Made by a program: the position numbers and the translations under genes
IMG/VR virus record: IMGVR_UViG_3300050821_007029
Origin: an uncultured virus (IMG/VR IMGVR_UViG_3300050821_007029)
Taxonomy: Duplodnaviria; Heunggongvirae; Uroviricota; Caudoviricetes
Direction: 5' to 3' (one strand)
Length of the DNA stretch: 61,390 bases
In this document: piece after piece, positions 47,265-53,761 of the stretch
Layout: the number at the start of each line of letters is the position of its first letter
How positions within the stretch are numbered: position 1 is the stretch's first letter
The notes under the pieces: generated by a model
The model's input: only the letters and a program-made list of their open reading frames with translations
The model's database searches: none
Told to the model about the DNA's origin: nothing

Positions 47265-49727
47265 TCAGCTAGCCGACGCCCCGTTCGACGCCGCGGCGGC
47301 CGGATTCGCGGGCTGCCCGGCGGTGGCAGGACCGGGCACGGAACCGCCCGGACCGTCAGGCACGGCACCAGAACCTGGCGGGTTAAGCTGCACTGAGACC
47401 AGCCCAGAATGACGCAAGAGAGTCCAATCATTGTTCCGGACCGCCCGCACCACCGACTCCGCGGTGAACCCCTCACGAACCAGGTTCGCGATGATCGTTG
47501 ACTCCTGAACCTGGATAGTGGCGATGTCACCGGCGTCCTCACGCATGAACGGCACCCGCGCGTCAAACCACAAATCAGCGCCAGGCGGCGGGTTAAGGAC
47601 ATTCCCAAGAGCACCTGAGCCATTGGTCCAGAGATGCTGCAGAGTGCCGTCGCTGAAACGGCGCCGTGCGCTCTGGAAATTGCCGGCGTTAAGCGACGAC
47701 CCTTGCAGCCCTTCCGAGAATCCCACCCAGGACGGTGGGACGCCCGCGGCCGCTGCCAGGCGCGAGTTGTGCGTCGGGACGAATCCATCACCAGCCAGGA
47801 ACAGGTGATCCGGGGTATCCACTGTGATGCACCTCACGGGCACCGATTCGACTGGCTCGATCGACACGATCGACCGCCGGTCCGAGTAGTGCGGGTCGCC
47901 CGCGCGCTCACACCGGTCGACTTTGCGGGGCAGGAGGAATGGCACGCAGTCCAGCCGGGACCTGAACTTGATGTTCCACGTCTCACCGGTCCGTGACCGC
48001 ACCTCCTCCACCCGGCTCAGGGTGGCGCGGTAGCCAAGCGACCGGATCAGTTCCAGTACCTGCCGGGCGAGGACCTCGTCCTTGCTGCTGAACGCGCACT
48101 GCCCGCGGCCGAGTGAGTCGACGGTGCCGTCGGTGTCCATCAGGCCGCGGAGGAGGTCAAGCCGCTGAGCCGCTGACGCCCGGAGGTAGGCGCCCGGGAG
48201 ATGCTTCGCACCCAGGACGCCCAGCGCGTCCAGGGCCGCCAGCAGCCCGCCAGGGACTCCAATGACCGCGGCCCGGCCGGCTTCGTGGCTGCGGTTGGTC
48301 AGCCTGGACGAAGGCCATAGCGTCGTGGTGTAGCCCCGCTGTTCGATCTCGTCCGCGATGTACTTCAGGTCATCCCAAGCACCGCAGATCGCCGCGCCCG
48401 ATGTCTGCCCATCTCCCAGCCACGCGCCAAGGACGTAGGGGTCGATGAGCAGGTCGCGCTCAGGAAGCTCCAGCACCGGCGCGGCGGGCAGCGACACGCG
48501 GTAGCCGCCGGCGCCGTTCGGGTACGGCCGGTGATGCAGTTCGTACAGCTGCTCGGTGGTGTAGGTCTTCTCTTTCCGGCTCGCGGAGCCGCGGTCGACC
48601 GCGGCCCACGTGTGACCCGAGTCGGCCACGATCGTCTCACCATTGCGGAGACTGAGCCTGTAGCAGCGGCGCCCGGCATGGACGGGACCTGTAGCCACGA
48701 CACGGGCCGGGCGCCCATCGCGGCCCAGCACCATGTCACCCTCCGCGACATCCCCCATGGTGGTCCAGCCATCCGGGGTTGGCACTGGCGTGGTGAGGGC
48801 CAGCGGCTCTGCCTTCCCTTGCGTTTCGGCGAATGTGATTTGAGCGAAGTCCTTCCCGATCGGTACTGGGTCTGCTCCTCCCCCCAAGAATAGTGTCTTG
48901 TATGCGTTCCATACGCCTTTGTGGTCCGATTCGAACAGTTCCTTGAATTGCTTGACGTGTTCGATGGGGATAGACGAGTCGAACTTAATGGCCAGATTAG
49001 GCGTCGCGCCGTTGGTGAGGAATTTGACCTTGTGCTCGGTCATCAGCTGGTCGCCTTCGACCTCGCGGAACGCCGCCGTGATCCACGACATCCCCAGGAA
49101 CTGGAACGTCGGGTCTGGCAGTGGGGCGTAGTGCGCGACCTGCTCCGGGAGGAACCACATCGGGTGCCCCGAGCGCGGGTAGTAGAGGTAGCCGGCGACT
49201 TCGACGTCGGGGGCGTCGGCGGGGTAGTCGGCGTCCATCTGGGAGCCGAGGACGATGACCACGAGGTCGGGGCGGAGGCGGGCGAGGCGGTTTTTGCGGG
49301 GGCGGACGATGTAGGCGTTCCCGGCGATGGAGTTGTCGACCTCCATGCGGGCGAGGAGGTCGCTGGTGCGGCCGCCGGGCCAGGGGTGCTCGAGGACTTT
49401 GAGCTCGTCGGTGCCGAACAGGTCACCGGGCTGGGAGCCGCTGAAGCGCGTCCACTGGAACCGGACCTGGCTGAAGGCCTGGACGCGGGCGGCGACGAGG
49501 GCGAAGATCGCGACGTTGTTGTGGTGGGCGCCGATCGCGGTGGTGAAGATCCGTTCCCGGTCGATGGAGCCCATGGTGGTCTGGATGAGGGGGTAGCCGA
49601 CGCCGCCGTAGGTGAAGATCGACGCCCAGTCGTCGAGGGACAGGCCGTAGCCGGTGTCGCGCTGGGTGGGTGGCTGGCCAGTGAGGTAGGCGGCGAGGTT
49701 CGCTCTACCCCGTTCGAGGAGCCCCAC
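47265..49727 (-). CDS. portal protein with intein
   Basis: HK97-like portal motifs (GNAYI, LRPDLV, GMSWI, FLTNGATP, AAGVPP) interrupted by an intein. Confidence 0.93.
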   Translation of the reverse strand: MGLLERGRANLAAYLTGQPPTQRDTGYGLSLDDWASIFTYGGVGYPLIQTTMGSIDRERIFTTAIGAHHNNVAIFALVAARVQAFSQVRFQWTRFSGSQPGDLFGTDELKVLEHPWPGGRTSDLLARMEVDNSIAGNAYIVRPRKNRLARLRPDLVVIVLGSQMDADYPADAPDVEVAGYLYYPRSGHPMWFLPEQVAHYAPLPDPTFQFLGMSWITAAFREVEGDQLMTEHKVKFLTNGATPNLAIKFDSSIPIEHVKQFKELFESDHKGVWNAYKTLFLGGGADPVPIGKDFAQITFAETQGKAEPLALTTPVPTPDGWTTMGDVAEGDMVLGRDGRPARVVATGPVHAGRRCYRLSLRNGETIVADSGHTWAAVDRGSASRKEKTYTTEQLYELHHRPYPNGAGGYRVSLPAAPVLELPERDLLIDPYVLGAWLGDGQTSGAAICGAWDDLKYIADEIEQRGYTTTLWPSSRLTNRSHEAGRAAVIGVPGGLLAALDALGVLGAKHLPGAYLRASAAQRLDLLRGLMDTDGTVDSLGRGQCAFSSKDEVLARQVLELIRSLGYRATLSRVEEVRSRTGETWNIKFRSRLDCVPFLLPRKVDRCERAGDPHYSDRRSIVSIEPVESVPVRCITVDTPDHLFLAGDGFVPTHNSRLAAAAGVPPSWVGFSEGLQGSSLNAGNFQSARRRFSDGTLQHLWTNGSGALGNVLNPPPGADLWFDARVPFMREDAGDIATIQVQESTIIANLVREGFTAESVVRAVRNNDWTLLRHSGLVSVQLNPPGSGAVPDGPGGSVPGPATAGQPANPAAAASNGASAS
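47766..48806 (-). mobile_element. class 3 intein with LAGLIDADG endonuclease (347 aa, Pro1, Ser+1)
   Basis: PLALTTPVPTPDGWTTMG...HTW...LLRGLMDTDG...VRCITV...VPTHN|S. Confidence 0.9.
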
Positions 49728-49941
49728 GGGCCACCCCGGTCTTCTGGGCCTTCTGCGCTTCCCGCCATCCTTCGCGGATCATCAGCGCGGACCACACGAC
49801 GCCGAGCCACACGCGGGCGGTGACCCAGCCGATGGCGAAGAACACCGCGGCGATGAGGGTGAGGACGGTGACCGTGAACTTGACCTGCCGGGCCTCAGTG
49901 CTGATCCGGTCAAGGTCGACCCGGGTGCTGATGGTGGTCAC
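49705..49941 (-). CDS. small membrane protein
   Basis: Hydrophobic core; located immediately upstream of the portal gene. Confidence 0.65.
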   Translation of the reverse strand: MTTISTRVDLDRISTEARQVKFTVTVLTLIAAVFFAIGWVTARVWLGVVWSALMIREGWREAQKAQKTGVARGAPRTG

Positions 49942-50255
49942 GGACCGGCCTCCTCGGTCGCGGTAGCGGCCTGGCGGGCGAGTTCGTCGGCGTCAGCCCA
50001 GTCCTCAGCCAGGACGTCACTAGCCGACGGCGTCCAGGGCACGAAGTCACCTTGGACGGTGTGGAGCATCAGGTACGGCCGGAACGCCATGACCGTGCCC
50101 TCGGGGATGCCCGTCGACCGTGAGGTGTTCGCGTTGATCGCGATGCCGTCCGGGTAGCCGGCCTGGTAGGCGACGTACTGCCCCGGGCCGTTCCAGCCGT
50201 GCCGGGTGACGCGGCCGCCGTTCTTGAGGCACCGGATGGCGTCACCGAAATCCAC
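49938..50255 (-). CDS. DUF2829 / Tad2-like anti-defence sponge protein
   Basis: DFGDAI..LK.G.RVTR.GWNG...PYLMLHT.QG.FVPW.PS.SDVLAEDW; GGAGG RBS. Confidence 0.85.
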   Translation of the reverse strand: MDFGDAIRCLKNGGRVTRHGWNGPGQYVAYQAGYPDGIAINANTSRSTGIPEGTVMAFRPYLMLHTVQGDFVPWTPSASDVLAEDWADADELARQAATATEEAGP

Positions 50256-50321
50256 GAGAGCCTCCACCAGCCACACGAGTCACACCTGTCTGCTGGTCAG
50301 GCTACAACCACCAGACGCCGA

Positions 50322-50537
50322 TCAGCCGTGTGACGTGCCGTGCCCGGGGCGCCGCCGTCGGGCGGTCACCTTGATCACGGTCAGTGCTGAGACGGCGGCG
50401 GCCATAGCGAGGCCGTCGATTTCCCACCAGCCCCAGCCGGCCGCCATCAGGTTAGACGCCGCCACCCCGCAGACCGCTCCGGTCAGCACGGCCAGGAGGC
50501 TGTAGCGGCGGGCTGTCAGCCACGCTGGGAGCCGCAT
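50322..50537 (-). CDS. small two-TM protein
   Basis: ATG 50537 preceded by a TAGGAT -10; two hydrophobic segments. Confidence 0.55.
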   Translation of the reverse strand: MRLPAWLTARRYSLLAVLTGAVCGVAASNLMAAGWGWWEIDGLAMAAAVSALTVIKVTARRRRPGHGTSHG

Positions 50538-50559
50538 GAAGCCGATCCTAGCGCCGACG

Positions 50560-50763
50560 TCACGGATACAGCGTCTTCGCCCATTCGGCGTCAAGTTCGT
50601 CCACGCACACCGCTGGGCGCACGGCGACAGCGGCGGCCAGCGCGAGCGTGGCATGGACCTGAGCGGCGGCCGTGCATGCCACGTCGAGGGGCGTTCCGCG
50701 TTTGTCCCCGGCGCAGACCGTCAGCAGCCGTTCGGCTTCCTGGTAGTGCCCGGGGCCCGTCAT
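50560..50763 (-). CDS. hypothetical protein
   Basis: MTGPGHYQEAERLL...AQVHATLALAAA; ATGA coupling. Confidence 0.65.
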   Translation of the reverse strand: MTGPGHYQEAERLLTVCAGDKRGTPLDVACTAAAQVHATLALAAAVAVRPAVCVDELDAEWAKTLYP

Positions 50764-51047
50764 GAGACGCGCTCGGGCTTGAAGTAGAAAGCGTAGTCAT
50801 CTTCGACGGGCTGGCGGAGGACGTAACCGCCATCGTGGAGGGCCTGAAGGTGATCAGCGAACTCGCGGGCTTTCACCGCCGCTTCAGCGAGGGTGGCGGC
50901 GCCGTCGATCGTCCACTTCGCGCGGATGGTCTCATCCTGCGGGCCGTCCTCGTCGTCGTCGGCCAGGCTGTCAGCGTTGGCTTCTATGGCGTCCAGGTCG
51001 GCCAGGGCCGCCGACTCCGCCGCGCTGATGTCTGTCATGCCTGTCAC
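50760..51047 (-). CDS. hypothetical acidic protein
   Basis: IRAKWTIDGAATLAEA...GYVLRQPVEDDY. Confidence 0.65.
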   Translation of the reverse strand: MTGMTDISAAESAALADLDAIEANADSLADDDEDGPQDETIRAKWTIDGAATLAEAAVKAREFADHLQALHDGGYVLRQPVEDDYAFYFKPERVS

Positions 51048-51050
51048 CTT

Positions 51051-51272
51051 TCAGTCGTTGGCGGCCAGCGCGTCGAGTGCGGGGCCGTAGCGTTCCCGGG
51101 CCCGCGCTGTCATCCCGTCGGCGACGCGCTGGCGGCCGGGGCCGTCGAGGAAGTCGCGGACCAGGCCGACGACGAGGTCGTTCGCTGACGTGCCGCAGAA
51201 CAGCACGTACTCGCGGAGCTGCTGGTGCAGGTCGTCTGGCAGCCGGACGGTTATCGCCCTCTGCTGCGTCAT
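51051..51272 (-). CDS. ribbon-helix-helix DNA-binding protein
   Basis: AITVRLPDDLHQQLR...SANDLV; TAGCAT -10 lies 6 nt before the ATG. Confidence 0.75.
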   Translation of the reverse strand: MTQQRAITVRLPDDLHQQLREYVLFCGTSANDLVVGLVRDFLDGPGRQRVADGMTARARERYGPALDALAAND

Positions 51273-51281
51273 GACAGCATG

Positions 51282-51506
51282 CTACCAGGCAGGCGGATTG
51301 GCGCCGTGGACGATAACGGCGATCAGTTCGGGGCTGCACCCAACCGCCGCGGCGAGCGCCTTGTACGTCCACTTGGCGGGGTCTTCCGCGCGGAGCTTGC
51401 GGACCAGGGTGTCCCGCTGGACCCGGTGCTGGGCGGCCTGGGCGGTGAGCCCAGCGGAGACACGGTGATGTTCCCTGGCCTGCTGGGCGCGGGCGTCGGA
51501 CGGCAC
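51282..51506 (-). CDS. small HTH protein
   Basis: RDTLVRKLR...WTYKALAAAVGCSPELIAVI. Confidence 0.7.
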   Translation of the reverse strand: MPSDARAQQAREHHRVSAGLTAQAAQHRVQRDTLVRKLRAEDPAKWTYKALAAAVGCSPELIAVIVHGANPPAW

Positions 51507-51509
51507 GGC

Positions 51510-53165
51510 TCAGATCGCTCCCCGCGCGAAATCAGCGAGCAGCGTGGGCACGGCGGCGTCGAAGCCCGACACGTCGAGGGAGCCTGGGTCGGCGGGGTCG
51601 GCGATGGTGAACTCGGTGGGGGTGAGCGCGACCACGGCGAGGCGGGCGGGGATGCCGGTCTTCTGCCGGTACTCCTCGAGTGCCTGGTGGGGGTGGATGT
51701 CACCGAACCAGGTTTCGTTGTCGGTGATGATCTCGAACACGTCGATCTCAGCGCGTTCGGTGAGGGCCCACTGCATCGGCGCGGCGCAGTTGGTGCCGCC
51801 CATGGGGACGCGGCGGATGGTGTTCATGACGTCGTCGAGCCGCTGCCGCGGGCTGATGTTCAGTGGTGTGAGACCCGACCCGACACCATGGGTGATCCGC
51901 GACGGGTACGGCCCGTCGGTGAAGCCGGTGATCATGTGGTTTGGTTCGGTCGCGGCGGTCACCAAGGCGAGCGCCGCCGCGGCTTCCCGGCATGACAGGG
52001 GCGTCCCGGCCGCCGGATCACCCATGGATCCGGACACGTCGACGGCGCTCATGACGCGCTTCCCGGATGGTTCGACCGACCCGTAGGCGAGGTAGAACGC
52101 GGCGTCGAGCGCGTCAGTGACCTTCGCCACCGGCGTCCACGTGGAGTCACCCCTGGCGCTGTGACCGGACGCGTAGGTCCGCAGCGCGAGCAGCACCGCG
52201 ATGGGGTGAACACGGGCCTTGGTGAGCCGCTCCTGGTCTGTCAGCTGGGCGCACACCGCGGCCAGGGTGGGGCTCATGGGCGCGAGGACCCCGAGGCGGG
52301 TGAGGCGGGGCAGCTGGCGGATCAGCGCCGTCTGCGGCATCCCCGCGGCGATCAGCGCCTCCCACACCAGCGGGTGGGACAGCGCCTCGGTGGGGAGCAT
52401 CTCGTGGGTGAGGTCCGGGTGGGTTTCGATGAGCTTCGCCCATGCCCGCGCCCGCTGCCCCGGGTTCGTGGGCGTGTCCGGGGCAGGGGTGGCGATGGCC
52501 TGCGCTTCCAGGAACGCGGAGACGAGCGGCAGGTCCATGAGGTCCGCGTCGCGGCCGCAGGCGAAGTCGAACAGGGCCCGGTGCTGGCCGGTGCCGGCGG
52601 GGTGGGCCTGGCGGAGCAGGTCCCGGTGGGTCCAGCCTTCCCGCTGCCGGTACTTCAGCATCTGGTACGCCAGCCGCCCCGGGTCCTGGGTGAGGTACCA
52701 GCCGCCGACACCACGCCGGAGCCCGCGTCCCCAGCCGCGGAAGTTCTGGGCGTAGCCGCAGAAGATGAACAGGTGGGTGGCGGTGCGGGCGACGAGCGGC
52801 AGCGCGTCGAGCGCGGCCCGCTTCCCCGCCGGGTCACCCAGCGACGCGGCGGCGGCGAGGGCGAACAGCGCCGGGTTGTTCCGGGGTGCCCGTCCCGCCT
52901 GGGAGACCGCGACGGTCTCACGGACCAGGGTGGCGGTGTCGCCGCGCGCCATGTCGAGGATCACCTTGGCGTTGGCTTCGGTGATGGCTTGCTCGGTGGC
53001 GTAGAACGTGCCGCCGGTGGTGCCGAGGGTCAGGAAACGCCGCAGCCGGGTGACGTGGTCCACCTGGAAGCCGTAGCCGCCGGCGCTGTTGCGTGCCTGC
53101 CGGGTGTCAGCGGGGCGGGACTGGGGTGTGCGGCGGGGGCTGATGGCCGCGAGCGGGTCAGGCAT
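51510..53165 (-). CDS. rsr: Ro60/Rsr TROVE-domain RNA-binding protein
   Basis: NSAGGY, LRRFLTLGT.GGTFY, KYRQREGWTHRDLLR..HP, MPQTALIRQL, MIDAS DVSGSM, GGTNCAAPM, TDNETW and GFD motifs. Confidence 0.96.
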   Translation of the reverse strand: MPDPLAAISPRRTPQSRPADTRQARNSAGGYGFQVDHVTRLRRFLTLGTTGGTFYATEQAITEANAKVILDMARGDTATLVRETVAVSQAGRAPRNNPALFALAAAASLGDPAGKRAALDALPLVARTATHLFIFCGYAQNFRGWGRGLRRGVGGWYLTQDPGRLAYQMLKYRQREGWTHRDLLRQAHPAGTGQHRALFDFACGRDADLMDLPLVSAFLEAQAIATPAPDTPTNPGQRARAWAKLIETHPDLTHEMLPTEALSHPLVWEALIAAGMPQTALIRQLPRLTRLGVLAPMSPTLAAVCAQLTDQERLTKARVHPIAVLLALRTYASGHSARGDSTWTPVAKVTDALDAAFYLAYGSVEPSGKRVMSAVDVSGSMGDPAAGTPLSCREAAAALALVTAATEPNHMITGFTDGPYPSRITHGVGSGLTPLNISPRQRLDDVMNTIRRVPMGGTNCAAPMQWALTERAEIDVFEIITDNETWFGDIHPHQALEEYRQKTGIPARLAVVALTPTEFTIADPADPGSLDVSGFDAAVPTLLADFARGAI

Positions 53166-53202
53166 GGTGTGGTGCCTTCCTGTGGCCCGTCCCCGGGCCA
53201 GG

Positions 53203-53273
53203 CTCGCGGGCGTGTGTGTGGCCGCCGGGCCAGTTCCCGAATGAAGGTAACCGTCAGCCGTCCGGCCCGCGAG
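53203..53273 (-). ncRNA. short Y-RNA-like stem-loop (third in the array)
   Basis: Closing stem CTCGCGGGC/GCCCGCGAG; shares the GGGCCGRA...GGTTACCTT...CACGCCC motif. Confidence 0.65.
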
Positions 53274-53283
53274 GCCGGGAGAA

Positions 53284-53427
53284 CCGGGGAGATGGATGTG
53301 TTTGGCACGTGCCGGGTTGGGTTCCAGTGCTCTTCCAGGCTGAGCTACCCCCGCCAGGGGCGGGAGGCGGGATTTGAACCCGCGACCAATGGATTAAGAG
53401 AACCGGCTCGTTTCGACCCGTCTCCGG
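53284..53427 (-). ncRNA. yrlA: YrlA-type Y RNA (circularly permuted tRNA mimic)
   Basis: The T arm GCGGGTTCAAATCCCGC precedes a loop-closed acceptor stem (CTCCCGCC-CCT-GGCGGGGG), then the D arm TAGCTCAGCCTGGAAGAGC. The ends pair; lies upstream of Ro60. Confidence 0.9.
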
Positions 53428-53444
53428 GTCATGTTCAGTTAGGT

Positions 53445-53505
53445 GGCGGGCGTGGGACGCGGACGGGGATCTTCGCAAGGTAACCCGTTCCGCTTCGGCC
53501 CACCG
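53445..53505 (-). ncRNA. short Y-RNA-like stem-loop (first in the array)
   Basis: GGTGGGCCGAAGCGGAACGGGTTACCTT...CCCGTCCGC..CCACGCCCGCC forms a bulged helix. Confidence 0.65.
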
Positions 53506-53512
53506 ATCCAGA

Positions 53513-53518
53513 ACTGTA
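53513..53518 (-). promoter_or_regulatory. putative -10 (TACAGT) of the Y RNA-Ro60 transcript
   Basis: TANNNT about 7 nt upstream of the first stem-loop. Confidence 0.5.
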
Positions 53519-53542
53519 ACCCACTACTCGCAGGTGAGCAAG

Positions 53543-53761
53543 CTAGTTCCAGCGGCGCCGCCGGCACCAGGCGCGGCCGCAGTCGATTAGGTCCGGGTCG
53601 CAGTGGTCGGGTATCTCGCCTCCGGCGTCCTCCCACACGCGGCGGACCGCGCCTGGGTTGATCCCGGCGGCTTCCTCCAGCTCCGCGACCCGCAGCGGCG
53701 GCAGCGGCCGGTCGTGAACATCGCCGCGCCGCGCCAGCAGGTGGAGCAGGGCGCGGATCAC
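53543..53761 (-). CDS. hypothetical protein
   Basis: GTGA overlap with the terL stop. Confidence 0.45.
   Translation of the reverse strand: MIRALLHLLARRGDVHDRPLPPLRVAELEEAAGINPGAVRRVWEDAGGEIPDHCDPDLIDCGRAWCRRRRWN

Noticed and set aside
53325..53400. Canonical tRNA gene
   Set aside because: The T arm lies 5' of the D arm, the acceptor stem is loop-closed, and there is no intact anticodon loop or CCA end. This fits YrlA instead.
53200..53505. CRISPR array
   Set aside because: The shared motifs are short and degenerate, units differ in length and fold as whole stems, and no cas genes are present.
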